Positions 1 to 13,316 of a stretch of 64,000 nt of DNA are shown piece by piece. Made by a program: the position numbers and the translations under genes. The stretch comes from Ginglymostoma cirratum (Eukaryota), in NCBI GenBank assembly GCA_024137785.1, contig JAHRHZ010000143.1, positions 1 through 64,000 of the forward strand, given 5' to 3'. The notes under the pieces were generated by a model that had not been told where the DNA came from, did not search any database, and saw only the letters and a list, made by a program, of their open reading frames with translations. Each line of letters opens with the position of its first letter. Position 1 is the first letter of the stretch.

Positions 1-46
1 CTGCTTGACCTGCTGTGTTCATCCAGCCCCACGCTTGTTATCTCAT

Positions 47-880
47 CCATCACCCAGTTCGCCACACCCCCTTCTCATGCAAGCACAGGAAGTATAATAC
101 CTGCCCAGTTAGCTCCTCCCTCCTCACTATCCAGGGCATCAGGCACACCTCCAGGTAAAGCCCACTTGTACTTCACTTGATCTAAACTAACGTATTTGTT
201 GTTCACAATGTCGTCTTCTCTTCAGTGGGGAGACAAAACACAGACTGAGCGACCACTTTGCAGCACATTCTATCCCTAAAAAATGACCCTGAGCTTCCAG
301 TTACCTGCCATTTCAACACACCAGTGTTCCCAGGCCAACACCTCTGTCTCAGGTCTGCTGCACGGCTCCAGGGAGTATCAGCACAAACTGGAAGAACTAC
401 ATCTCATTTTCCGCTTGGGGACCCTGCAGGCTTCAGGACTCAATACAGATTCATTAATTCCGGGATATCAACACCACTTTCCATGTCCTTTACTCATCCT
501 CCACGCCCCGGGACACGTCATCATCTGGGCTGCATTCAGCACAGCCAAACCATTTTCACTTACATATGATTCCCGTAAGGAGCTTTTCTGTCTGCCTGTT
601 TTGCCATTATCAATCCCTTTGCCTGCAATCTGCCTTTCTCTCCTTCCGGGCTCCATCTCCACCCATTACTTCCTCCTCCTTAACTCCATCCCAAACACCA
701 CCCCAAGACCTGAGCATCTATACCAGCATTCCTGGCTATCATCAGTTCCGAAAACAGGTCATGGACCCAAAATATAAACTCTTGTTATTTTTCCCCCACA
801 CATGCTGCCAGACCTGCAGAGTTTCTCCAGTAATTTGTTTTTATTTCAATTTCCAGCATCTGCTGTTCTTTATTTTATTT
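47..880 (+). mobile_element. Decayed PLE 3' end (GIY-YIG remnant and tail)
   Basis: GETKHRLSDHF...KLEELHLIFRLGTLQASGLN frames; tail tgctgccagacctgcagagtttctccag. Positions 1-42 are the end of another PLE tail. Confidence 0.8.
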
Positions 881-1569
881 TAAGCCATAAAACAGAAAAC
901 ATTATGGTGTTCCAGCTACCAAGAACAGCAATTATCTGGAAACGTGAGATTTTCAGGAAATGCCTCCTGTGTGAAAAGTTCCAGTGTTTCTTTTTCTTGA
1001 CCTTGTCCAATGAAAAAAAAAATTCCAGACACCAACAAAACCCTCCAAATTCAAGTCCACATAATTATTAAATACAGTACATCGTCATAACAATCAAGAA
1101 TATTCTTGAACTCTCTTACAGGTTACACTACACTCTCATGCACAGAGAACTTTGAGCGCACTTAAGTCCAACCACTCAGCTCATTAGGCAGCACAGTCAC
1201 ATAATTTTGAAATTATTTCACTTGCCTGTGCTCAATCAAGAAGTTTGGTTAACCAGGGTCAACCTCTGCAGAATTGAGCAATTATGGGCATTGCTCGACA
1301 GGTTTTGCTGATGTGCTGGTGGGTATGGTTTGACACAATAAGGAACTTTGTGTCATCTGAGTTTGATTCATTGAGATTTCACCAGATACCCGAGGCATCA
1401 CATTGTGAAGGCGGGCTGCATGGGCGAGATGATGATCTTTACTGGTCAATGCTATACATTTAAGTTTTAAGAAATGACATGCAGATGATTATGGAAAAAT
1501 TCCAAGGTCAGCATAGAGACTTGTAGAAACGTCACAAATTCATGACCACCGTGTAAGTCACTGTTGCAA

Positions 1570-1795
1570 TATTGGAACCTCAGCAACCAAACCCTGCACA
1601 GCAAGTTCCCACAAACTGTAATGTGGTAATCAGCCTCATTGATGTTGGTTGAGAGATAAGTATTGGACAGGATATCAGGGCCAACTCTGCTGTTGTTCTT
1701 TTTCATTCCCCAGTGGGGAGACAGGGCTTCAAAAGATGACATTTCCTACTGTGCAGTACTTTGGCAACTACACTGAAGTCCCAACCTAGATTGTT
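1570..1795 (-). mobile_element. Possible DeuSINE (SacSINE1-like) remnant
   Basis: gatgttggttgagagataagtattggacaggatatcaggg resembles a recalled Deu-domain sequence. Confidence 0.4.
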
Positions 1796-2595
1796 AATCA
1801 TTTTGTTGATCGCACAATGAAGGCAAATTTTATTTTCTTTGTTATTCAATACAACACTGAAATGTTGTCACAAGCTATGTGCTGCATGCTATATACATTT
1901 TTTACAACACAAAAATCAGTTAAGCCAATATATTTTTGCATCATATACTCCTTGGACAAACAATCTTTATCTTTGGCTATCCCCAGCACTACTTCACTTC
2001 AATGCTACAGTTAGAAATGCTCCCTCTAAACACAATTCGAGTATCAAAAAACAAAATCTGTAACTGTGCTACTTTCTGGTTTCAGCAATACAAGAGAAAT
2101 GTTGCAAATTTTCATGCATCCATTCGTAAGCTGTACCAATTTCCTAACAAGCCCAGACTGTCACATTCAACCAATCTCGCAGGTTGCTGAATTGTAGATC
2201 TGTAATTTAGTTCAATGTTTTAAATGTAAAGTCATTAGATTAAAAAGGATATGGGGCAAAATGTTTTGTCACGACTGAAAATTCTCAATCACAAAAGCAG
2301 GTGGAATAATCATTTTTGCCCAAAATTATCCCCAATATTCTTAAAATCCTCACTTGCACATCACCAATGGAAATTTTCCTGACACTAGACTCATCAAAAT
2401 CTCTCATACTATAAAGATTAATTCATAACTGATAATGAGAAAAAAAAGGATGAAAAGAAATAAAAGAATAAAAGTTGTAAAATAACACAAGGTCATGTCT
2501 GACTTGTACAGCTTTCTTGCCTTCAATTACAGAACTCCTTTCTCTTGAACATGCCCCAACCACTTAGCTCATTCCACAAAACAAAAACTGCTTAC

Positions 2596-2657
2596 AGTCG
2601 TCCCCCATTATTTTTTGGTTCTCTCGAAGTGATGGAAAAGTAGTTCGAGAGGAGCAT
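2596..2657 (-). CDS. Candidate alternative first coding exon of the minus-strand gene (MLLSNYFSITSREPKNNGGR+CT, phase 2)
   Basis: Open from ATG (2657) to a CT|gtaagc donor, same phase 2 as the 20236 exon. Non-repetitive and locally CpG-retaining. Confidence 0.45.
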
Positions 2658-2759
2658 ATTTAAAGAATAATGTATAATCCAGCACCGCCATCGTCTACCT
2701 GGCTGAAACTGCTCTCACATAAGCAAATCGCTAAATTTGACTCCTTCAAATATAAACAA

Positions 2760-3930
2760 TTGTGTCACTATATTGCACCTTTAATAGAATGTAAATGTGC
2801 CAAATCAGTTCAAAAGGAGCATTAGTAATAAAGTCTGACAATTAGATGTGAGGAAATTTAGGTCAGTGGTCAAAAGATTGAATAAAGTAATCGGTTTTAA
2901 GGGGCATCCTAAAAGGAAGGCAGGGGCAGAGGGACAGAAAGAGTTGGGAAGGGAATTCCAGAGCAAAGTCTTGGTAGCTTAAAATGTAGCCCAAAATAGC
3001 GCAGTGATTAAAATCAGAGTTCAAGAGGCCAGAATACTTCAAAAGATTGAGAGGCTGAAGGAAATTATGGAGAGAAGGAGGCAAACCAATAAAGAGATCA
3101 GAATTTTAACTTTAAGGCATTGCTCAACTAAGCGTCAATGTAGCTCAGTGGCAATGGGTGATTGTCAGTTGGTGCAAGTTAGAAAATTAGCAACATAGGT
3201 TTGGCTGACCACATGGTAGAGGTCAATCAGAAGCGTATTAAATTATTCCAGATTACACCTGACAAACCGAGGCATGAGGGGTTCAACAAGAGATAAACTA
3301 AACAGAGGCAGAGTCAAGCAATGTTACCAAAGGTAGAAACATAAGGTCATGCAATTCTTTTCTGAAACACACTGACAGTGTACATGCAAAAGACAGGCTG
3401 CAGGCTTTCAAGAAAGGACACTGACTACCACCTAAAGGGCAATTAACTTTGGGAAAGAAATGATGTCTTTTCTAGCAATGCTCATGTAAAATGCAAAACA
3501 AAAACCACCAAGGCTGCAAACAAACAGTCTGGTTTCTCTTCAATCAGTTGCCAGGGAGACAGATCATCACCTTCAGGACTTTTCAATATTTAGTTCGAAG
3601 AGATTTCTACACATCTCGCATTGTACATCAGTCCGACAATCTAGAGACAGCAAAGAGTTGAAAGAGAAGCAAGGTGGTGATGAAACAGAACAGGAGGTTA
3701 TCAGTCCACGTGGGAAAGGACACAGCACCTGGAGGATCTCACCAAGGGTATAGATAAAAGTTAAGAGGGGGCCAAGGACAGATACTAAGGGGTCACTGGA
3801 GAGAACAGTGCAAGAGCAGGAAGAGAAACCAACAATGATTATTCTCCATTTATGATCAGATGAAATGAAGCCAGGCAAGTGAAGTACAGCAGAGACAAGT
3901 TGGAGGGGGTAATGGTCAACCACAAAAGAC
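2760..3930 (-). mobile_element. L2 LINE remnants
   Basis: SVLGPLLTFIYTLG RT motif (ORF 3573-3923) and L2-type 3' region; similar fragment at 20975-21320. Confidence 0.6.
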
Positions 3931-4554
3931 TGCTGACAAATATTTTACCTCTATCACAGCTAAAAAGAATATAAAGAAAAAAAAAATCCTTTGCCAGTCC
4001 TTTCATGGGATGTGTGGAAAATTATTGATTCAATTCCAATTCCAGCCTCTTCCTCCACCATTTTCTTCAAAACATCTGATGCAGTTTCCTGAGCTCCACC
4101 CTAAAAATGGCAAAATATCAACTTGGCCTCCAACTTCCACCCCTTGTTCTGTTCGACACGGTTCATTTTTCATTCTTCATTCTTCCCATCCCCGACCTCT
4201 CCATCACCATTTCTGAAGGTAGCTGAATGTTTCCCATCAATTCCTTGGCCAAACTTCCTTATACCCGACATCCTGGAGGAAGTCCACTACATTCTCCTAG
4301 TTTCTTTTTCTCTGTAATGTCACGTAATGACAATGTCATCTGCTTTACCCATCTTTTACTCATCCTCTCACTGAGGATTTCCCTCCATCATAGCTAGCAT
4401 GGCTTTCAAACCTTGTTCATCCCAGTTCCCTCACTTCATTCTGTAGCTTTGCATTCATCGCTTCCCCTTATTCCCAAAACTACAATAAGGCTCCTCTGAT
4501 GCTGATGTTTCCCCCATTCATCCTGTCTTTTCCATGTTATTCTATCAAACATAC

Positions 4555-4837
4555 AGATTCATAGAATTCCTACAGAGTGGAAGCAGGCCATTCAGCCCAT
4601 CGCATCCACAGTGACCTTCCAGAAAGCATCCCACCAAGACCCTTTCCCTACCCTATCCCTGTGACCCTGCATTTTCCATGGCCAATCCACCTAATTTGCA
4701 CATCTCTGGACTGTGGGAGGAAACCCACGCAGACACAGGGAGAATATAAAAACTCCACATAGTTGCCCGAGGCGGGAATCGAACCCAGGTCCCAGGTGCT
4801 GTGAAGCAGCAGTGCTAACCACTGAGCCACCACACCC
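4555..4837 (-). mobile_element. HE1-type V-SINE
   Basis: Reverse-complement homolog of 5141-5459. Confidence 0.9.
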
Positions 4838-5140
4838 ACCTCCGCTTTCACCATTCCAAAGAAACCGCTCTGTCTGTTATGACGTGCTTCAAAACATCCA
4901 ACATCCTCTTTTTCCTGCTCAGAGTACATTTCCACACAAGCACAGAACATAAAATTGCCTTTTTTTACATCCTCCTTCTCTGTTTTCAAAGGACCCAGAC
5001 AACCGCTCCAGATGAAACAGTGATATACTTGTCCTTCCTTCAATTTAGTATGCCACTTTCAGTACTCACAAAGCAAAGCAGATCTGTACACTGGGGACAC
5101 AAACCCAGATTCGGTGCCCACTATGCAGAACATCATCTTT

Positions 5141-5459
5141 GGGCGGCACGGTGGCTCAGTGGTTAGCACTGCTGCCTCACAGCGCCAGGGACCCAGGTTC
5201 GATTCCAGCCTCGGGTGACTGTCTGTGTGGAGTTTGCACATTCTCCCCGTGTCTGCGTGGGTTTCCTCCGGGTGCTCCGGTTTCCTCCCACAATCCAAAG
5301 ATGTGCAGGTTAGGTGGATTGGCCTTGCTAAATTGCCCGTAGTGTTCAGGGATGTGTAGATTAGGTGGGTTACAAGGGGATGGGTGTGGTTGGGATACTC
5401 CAAGGTTCGGTGTGGACTTGTTGGGCCTAAGGGCCTGTTTCCACACTGTAGGGATTCTA
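5141..5459 (+). mobile_element. HE1-type V-SINE, full length
   Basis: tRNA head with A box (tggctcagtgg) and B box (ggttcgattcc), V-domain gtggagtttgcacattctccccgtgtctgcgtgggtttcc, CR1-type tail. Confidence 0.92.
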
Positions 5460-6467
5460 GATAATTGTAGTACACAAACGTGATCTGGAGCCACCTGTTG
5501 CTTTAATTCTCTGCTCAAACAGCATGAGACCACAGCTCTCACCTTCTTGTATGTTCCAAAGAAGCTGAATGTACACTGGAAGAGTAACGCCACATCTTTT
5601 GTTTAGATTTTACAGCTTTCTAGAGTCAACATCAAGGTTAACTATTTCAAATCAGAACACGTACCACATGTTCCAAACAGCGGGTGTAGGTGTTGATTCC
5701 GCATCATCTTTAGATAAATCATTTGTCTCTTTAGTTGTCCAATTAGCATTTCCTGTCACCTTGCACCACCATTCTGCCATTTAATTCTTCCTGCCTTCCT
5801 ACCTGCAACATCTGTAAAGTCTTCAACACAAAATGTCAATTGATTTCCTCTCTCCCCAGATATTACAAGATCTGGGGAATTTTTCCAGCATTTTCTATTT
5901 TATTTTTCACTTTCAGCATCTACATTTTGCGTGTTAAAAGATAACGATTATTTCTAGTTGATCTGAAAACTCTTCTTTGGTCTGTTTCTAGAACTGTAAA
6001 GATCCAGGGCAAAGAAAAAAGTTAAATTACTGGTGACATGAAGGAAGCAGTTATCTCTTTAGTTCTAACTATCCCAGAAGTTATCAGAACATCTAACGTA
6101 GAAGGAAGAATTATTTAACACATAGCTGTACAAAGGTTTAGACTTTTGTTGAATTGATAAAGGGATAGAAAGTAAGTACATTAAAAATAATTCAACCTGT
6201 CAAGAAGCCCTTGTTTCTTTTTTGGCAAACTTTCACTAAACCATGCATTCACAAAATATTCTTCTCTTATTTAAATGTCAACTGATGTTTAACAGATCAC
6301 CCTCAAACTTTAAATAAACAAAAATAGAATTCATCGTGCTCAAGGTGGTGGACGAACACAGACCAAACTTACCTTCACCTCCTCTCCTAGCATTCCAACA
6401 TGATCATTCTATTTGTGACAGGCTGGTCCACTCTTCAATTGCCCCCAACACAGCTTCTTGGACAAGC

Positions 6468-6826
6468 AGAGGCAATGGCCTAGTGGTATTAATTGCTAGA
6501 CTATTAATCCAAAAAAACTCAGCTAATGTTTTGGGGGCCTGGGTTCAAATCACACCATGGCAAACGGTAGAATTTGAACTCAATAAAGAATCTGGAACTA
6601 AGAGTATAATGATAACAATGAACCCATTGCCACTTTTCAGAAAAACCCACCTGGTTCACTAATGTCCTTTATGGAAGGAATTCTGCCATCCTTACCTGGT
6701 CTGCCTACATGTGACTCCAGGCCTAAAGCAATACAGTTGACTCTTAACTATCCTCTGGGCAATTAGGAAAGGGCAATAAATGCCAGCCTAACTAGAGATA
6801 CCCACATATCACGAGTCAATAAAAAC
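6468..6826 (+). mobile_element. tRNA-derived SINE, second family
   Basis: A box tggcctagtgg, B box ggttcaaatc; homologous copies at 43783-44115 and 17118-17425, fragments at 13940-14100 and 41015-41165. Confidence 0.85.
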
Positions 6827-7772
6827 AAAGCAGAAATGTAATACCTTCCATTTCACCCCTTTCCAATCATCCCAGACCCCAACATTCCTTCCAAGTGATT
6901 TAATCACAACTCTTTCAACTTGGTGTATTCTATCTGCTACTCAGTCTGACCTTCTTGACACAGGGGAACCTAAACACTGCCTGGTAACTTGCCCACTCAG
7001 TACTCAAGCCTGGCCCTGAAATGTCATTTGCCTCTTTCAACTCTCCTTACTTCTATATCTCTGACAGTTCCAGAAAGAGCATCTCCCAACTTCCAAGCAC
7101 CCTGAAGCAAAGTATATGTGATTCTACCCCCCCTGCTATGTAGTTTTAGACATTAGGTTATGCATCAGGTGCAATATAACTACAATGACCTACAGCTGCA
7201 CTTAAATCTCCATTGGGCCAATTAAACCAGCTGGACACTTTAGAAGGTTAGTATTCAATTCTGAGGTAACAAGACAATAAATCGATTCCACTTGCTTGAT
7301 CAAAAATTTTTTAAATTAGCTGTCTTGGAGTGAAATATGTGCAGAACGTCTTCATTTCAAAACACAATACATTCAGCTTACAGGAAAACCTGGGTGGGTT
7401 GCTTAGCTGTGCATCACTTTCATTCTAAAATTAGTGCAGTAGCAGCTTAATATGGATTCCATTTAGTATGAAAATGCTCTCAAGTATTATACAAGCACTG
7501 GACTGCTGGACAGAGAAACATTGCTGCAACTAAACACAAACTTCGCTGCTCACTTTGGGGAAAATGGGCTTTAATGCTTCATTTCCAAGGACTCTATTTA
7601 AAGAACAATTATTGGGTGATTAGGTATTGCTGAAAGGAAGTATGCTCAAAAAAAAAACCATTCTGAATGATAATTAGTTGTAAAATTCCAATATAACTAA
7701 CCTCATCAGAATAAGACTAAAAATTTGAATGAGAATATATCTTCGCCTTTAAAGAGAAATGATTTGAGAGTG

Positions 7773-7974
7773 TAGGAACTGCAGATGCTGGAGAATCTGA
7801 GATAACAAGGTGTGGAGCTGGATGAACACAACAGGCCAAGCAGCATCAGAGGAGCAGGAAAGCTCGACGTTTCAGGCCATTTCTGAAGGAGGGTCTAGGC
7901 CCAAGACATCAGCCTTTCTGCTCCTCTGATGCTGCTTGGCCTGCTGTGTTCATCCAGCTCCACACCTTGTTATC
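7773..7974. mobile_element. Palindromic 202-bp mini-element made of two inverted PLE tails; perfect 15-bp TSD
   Basis: aatgatttgagagtg at 7758-7772 and 7975-7989. Arms 7801-7878 and about 7900-7974 are reverse complements. Confidence 0.9.
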
Positions 7975-8222
7975 AATGATTTGAGAGTGGCGTTTTCCTC
8001 TATAGACTATTCCACTGATGTCATGGTTTAATTTTATCCATGTTTTGATAATGTTCAAACCTAACCACACTCATTGGGAAAAGTGACGCTTAGTTGCTCA
8101 TGAGGTGTGGGAGTCACTAGGCTAGGTCAGCATTTATTGTCCATTCCTAACTGCCATTGTGCCAAAGTGAGGAGGTGGCATATGTGAATGTTATTATGTA
8201 CTTTACACCTCCACCCCACCAC

Positions 8223-8263
8223 CACACACACACGCACACGCACGCACGCACACGCACACGCAC
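8223..8263. repeat. (CA)n/(CACG)n microsatellite
   Basis: cacacacacacgcacacgcacgcacgcacacgcacacgcac. Confidence 0.9.
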
Positions 8264-8554
8264 AAAAAGCAATTTTTAAATTCTGAAGTGTATCAGTGTT
8301 TTATTTTAACCATTTCTCCTTTCAGGGAAGTGGGAATTTGTCATCGTGCTTACTCAAATTTAAATGTTTTGATTTGAGTGTATCAGCCTGATGAACTGGT
8401 TGTACTTTGGGATGTGATTCAGCAGGTTGTAGACTTAAACCCACTCCACAATTTGTGCATACACCGTAGGGAAAATCCTCCACACAGATGCTCGTTATCC
8501 ATCGGACTGGAAGTTAAACCAAGGTTTTGTTCACATAGTAGGACAAAAATATGA

Positions 8555-9040
8555 AGGGCAGAGAAGATTTACAAGGATGTTGCCAGGGTTGAAGGGTTTG
8601 GAGGTACAGGGAGAGGCTGAATAGACCGGGGCTGTTTTCCCTGGAGCAGGGGCTGAGGGGTGACTTAATAGAAATTTATAAAAACCATGAGGGGAGTAGA
8701 CAGGGTGAATAGCCAAGGTCTTTTCCCCAGGGTAGCGGACTCCAAAACTAGACGGCATAGGCTCAGGATGAGAGCAGCAAGATTTGAAAGGGAGCTAAGG
8801 GGCAACTTTTTCCAAGCAGAGGGTGGTACATGTATGGAACGAGCTGCCAGAGATGGCAGTGAAGGTTGGGACAATTACAACATTTAAAAGGCATCTGGAA
8901 GGGTATATGAATAGGAAGGGTTTACAGGGACATAGGCCAAATGCTGGCAAATGGGACTAGATTTATTTCGGATATCTGGTTGGCATGGACGAGTCAGACC
9001 GAAGGGTCTGTTTCCGTGCTGTAGAACTCTACAACTCTGA
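8555..9040 (+). mobile_element. CR1 (HER1-like) LINE 3' end
   Basis: MRGVDRVNSQGLFPRVADSKTRRHRL CR1 ORF2 C-terminus and 3' UTR ending gggtctgtttccgtgctgta, the tail shared with HE1 SINEs. Confidence 0.88.
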
Positions 9041-10392
9041 CTGGAACTTGTGATTCAGCTGTACAAAGCCCTGGTCAGTCAACACCTGAAATACTATGAG
9101 CAGTTCTGGGCATCACACCTTAGGAAAGACGCAGTGCTGATTTACCAGAATGTTACTTGTTCTCACAGGATCTACGATAAAAATTTATAGAACCATGAGT
9201 GGATTCCTGGAATTTAGAAGGTGATGGGGCGATTTGATCAAAGTTTTCAGGAAATTAAGAGGAACAAATAGAGTAGATAGCAATAAATAATTTCTGCTGA
9301 CTAGAGGAGCCCTGTTATTTCTTGCTGTGTTTACACATGGCACAGGTGCATTATAAAAGGACACCGCACTGGATCTGACACCCAATGGGCAAGTTTCTGC
9401 TCAACAGCCCAACCAAAATGTCAATGGGCAACTATCAATGCAGTGAAAGGCAAGCACCTCTAACCAATAAAGCCCAAATTATTTTCAAAGGTTATATAGG
9501 TCTTTGGTCTTCCAACATTCCTCAAATGTCCAGCATCAAAACAGGTTAGTCACTCTTCGCGTTATTCTTTGTGGGGAAATTTATCATGGACAGATGGCTG
9601 CTGTGTTTGCCCAGCAAGCCGATTGTATGTAAGACATTATTAGATGCCTGAGAAATATGATGTCTGCCGCCTAGGTCCTTATTTTGCCAATTGATTTGTA
9701 CAGATTTCCCACTATTGCAAGTGGAAACTGTCTTGGATTCACAGCCATTTCTTGCTCATCTGCAATTTGCATGCGTTTTGTCCTGTATCCTCAGTGTAGG
9801 TTGTTCAAGCACTAACTGTGGGATGCTCATAAGAATTGTAGGTGACATTTATTTTGAAAATGTATAAAAACTATGTACTGTATCCATTTCTAAAAGGGCT
9901 GTTCTGGCAGAATTGTGAAATAATTTTCTCACATAGAAGAAGGGAAAAATACTACTTTGCAAATGCTTGCTGTATTTTTACTTTGAATGACAGAACAATG
10001 TACAAAATTTTGGTTTCAGTACAGTTCACTGGCAGCTTTATAAACAAAGCAGGTGTTAATGAGTTAAGAGTATGGAGCATATTGAATCTTTGAAAACAAA
10101 AACAAAAAATTCGCTGGATCGTGCAAACCTGAAGTGTGATTTTAAAAAAAGTGAAGTGCTGGAAATACTCAACAAGTTAGGCAGCATCTATGGAGACAGA
10201 AATGTTCTGGTCAATGGCCATTTGACAGAACTGGGAACGTTTAGTACATTTTCAAACAAGGCAGTAATGAGTGGAGGAAAGAATTAAAAGGATAGAAGGT
10301 GGGGAAGATTAAAATAACAAACAGATGAAAAATACATCGGGGTTTTAAATCTGAATTTGTTGACCTCAACATTGGGTCAGAAAGATTGTACA

Positions 10393-11362
10393 TCGTTAGC
10401 CGTCCCTCGCAGATGAGGAAGACTCTCTTTCGTTCTCAGGGTGAGTCCATAGGTGGCTGTACAGACCAATGCGGCTTCTGCAGGCTCTGTTAAACTTGGG
10501 GCAAGAGGTGGTCACAGAAAAGGGTGGATGGAGAATTGATGGGGCAGTGTGCTCCTTTTGCTATTTTTGTCTGGTTTCTGTTTTCTCTCCCCCGATGGCC
10601 AGTCTCAAGGTGCTCGATGCCTTCCAACATGCTCCTCCACAAATGTGGACAGTTTTGGGCCAATGATTTCCAGGTATCTGAAGGAATGCTGCACTTCATC
10701 ACCAGTGAGGCCATGAGGGTATCACTGAAGCCCTTCCTCTGTCCACCTGGGGCTTGCCTGCCATTTCAAAGCTGGGAGTAGAACACCCGCTCGGGGAGTC
10801 TCATGTCAGTGGACAATGTGCCCAGCCCATCGTAGCTGATCAAGGGTGGTCAATGTGTTGATGCTGGGGATGTTTGAGTGGTCAAGGATGCCGGTGTTGG
10901 TGCACCTTTCTTCCCAGTGGATTCACAGAACTTTGCGCAGACAACATTAATGGTACAGCTCCAGTGTCTTGAGGTGTCTGCTGTAGACAGTCCACATCTC
11001 AGAGCCATATTGGAGGACGGGAACCACCTGTAAGCTCTGTAAACCACGAGCTCGGTATCCAATCTGATGTTCTGGTCCTCAAACACCCCTTTCCTCAGGC
11101 GGCCAAAGGCTGCACTAGCACAGTGGAAGCAATGCTGGATCTCTTCATCGATAGCTGCTTTGGCTGACACGACACTCCTGAGGTAAGGCAAGTGGTCAAC
11201 ATTCTCTAAGGTCTCCCCACGGGCCTTGATGATCAGGGGTTCGCTCCAGAAAGCCAGGCCAGGTTGGTGGAGGACCTTCATTTTGCAGATGAGACCCATG
11301 CTCTCATATGCCTGCATAAAGGTGCTAACAATGGTCTGGAGTTCATCCCGAATTGCATACAT
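10393..11362 (-). mobile_element. RTE-clade (BovB-like) LINE 3' fragment
   Basis: ORF 10850-11380: LENVDHLPYLRS...IDEEIQH...ASAAFGRLRKGVF...LVVYRA, typical RTE RT C-terminus. Confidence 0.88.
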
Positions 11363-11628
11363 TGACAAGTCAAAAGACAATATGTTGTTCCTTGAGATTA
11401 CACTGGAATATTGAAGACAAAAAATTTGAGTCGGAGTGGAGCAGGCAATCGAAATAGCAGGTGATTAGAAGCTTGCTGTCCTACCTGCGGACTGACTTGA
11501 GGTATTCCACAAAACAATCACCCAATCCTGATTTGGTCTGTCTCATGTAGAAGAGATCACATTGCAAGCAGTGAAAACGTTATACTAGAAAGCACAAGTG
11601 CATCATAGTTTCAACTGGAAGGAGTGTA

Positions 11629-11816
11629 CAGGTAGTTCTCCTACAACGTACTAGTTGTGTTCTTGCGTGATCCCGAACTATAGAAAATTTCTATAGCGAA
11701 AAAGAACCGCTATACCTGTACAGTAGAAAGCTCCCGTTATCCAAACAGTGTCCACTGTTCATTATTCCTGTTACCAATTCACATTAACAAAACACACGTT
11801 ACAGCAGAACTACCTT
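11629..11816. mobile_element. Tigger/pogo-like MITE (Tc1/mariner superfamily)
   Basis: TA|caggtagttctcctacaacgt ... acgttacagcagaactacctt|TA: about 21-bp imperfect terminal inverted repeats (TIRs), TA TSD, no ORF. Confidence 0.82.
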
Positions 11817-13316
11817 TATAGGGCCTTAGATGGCAAGGGGAGTGAAGTACAAGGATAGACGCTGCATCTCCACTTCTCTGAAGAGCTATTTCGAGAAGGG
11901 GCCAAAGTCTTGGGGATGATTGATCAATGATCCAGGGTGTCACAGAAAGAACAGTCATAAGAAATGCTAAAAGGAAATGGAAGGGATAGAAGTAGGATTG
12001 TGGTATCATGTTGGAAATGGCAGGTGACCTATTGAATGCAGAGTTCGTGGAGTGTAAGGTGAAGGAAGCGGGAATGCTTTCAAGGATCTGGGAAAATGGG
12101 CTGAGTCAAGGGCCCTGTCAACTACAGCGAGGGATGAATTCTCAACTGAGGAAACAGACATATCAGAGATGCCAGTGTGCAAGGCTACATCATCAAAACA
12201 GATGCAACATAGGCAGAGAAACTCGGGGAGGGAAAAAAAGAAAGAGGTCATGCAGGAAATGTGGTGTGAGGAAATGTAGTTAAGGGAGTCAATGGGCTCA
12301 TTGTGAATTGTTGCCGATTATCTCCATTTCTACGGTTGGGCTGAGAAGTCGAGGAGGACAAGAATCAGAGATAGGCAAGGTAAGGGTGAGAGAAGTGTGG
12401 AAATTGAAGGGACTGTTGATTAAATTTTCCAGTTCTGGCCAACTGCAGGAAATGGCACCAACAGTCCATGTACGAAGATAGGAGAAGTGAAAGAGGGATA
12501 TTAAGCAAGTCTGGAATAAAGGATGTCCCAGATATCCCACAAAATAAAACAAACATAGCCAGTACCCTTACAGGTTCTCAAAGCAACGTCTCCTACTTGG
12601 AGCCATTAAACAATATCTCACATGACTCTGCTCAACGTGAGAAATATTCACACAGCTAGAGGAAGATGGTACTGCATTGGGATTGGTTCAATGTAAGACC
12701 AGAGAGCTCCTGGCTCACCAGAGTAAAGGATGGAAATATAGAGAAACTAGACATCTGCAGCAATCGGGACAGTGAAACTGCAAAAGTGGCAAAGGACATC
12801 AGAAAGGTCATGACCGAAGGTGGAAAGAGACTAGAAGGGAGGGGAGAAAATAAGTCACAACAAATGGAGTTTTGTGGGGAAAGAAGAGACAGGAGCATGG
12901 AGGGCAGATCTCTAGCTAACAGGACAACAGTGACCATCTTGGAACGAATGGTTTGGTATTCAGTGTTGTTGTCATTACCCAATGGGAACAGCATCTCTTT
13001 CAATAACATCTGGTCAGACTTAATATTAAATTGCAACAATTTACCCTCATTTTTGAGCAGTAGGTATCGGTAATGGATCTGCTAGTCCCAGTTACAATTA
13101 CTATTTCTTGACATTATCATTCATTTCCCTTGTACTATCATCCCGTGTTATTCAATTCTCCTACCACCTCCCCCACCATCACAAACTTTCCATTTTGCAC
13201 TTTGTCCCCTTCCATTAATTAGAAATTATTTCAACTTTAAGAAGTGGCCATTCAGATGAAGAATCACTGACTTGAATGTTAACCTCTGTTTCTCCCTCCA
13301 GATATGCTGCTTGATT

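Noticed and set aside
745-780. Hammerhead at the end of the first PLE remnant
   Set aside because: Positionally homologous but the core is too decayed (ccgaaaac...caaaata) to call.
5141-5215. tRNA gene
   Set aside because: A/B boxes belong to a SINE head that continues into the V-domain and LINE tail; no full cloverleaf or terminator.
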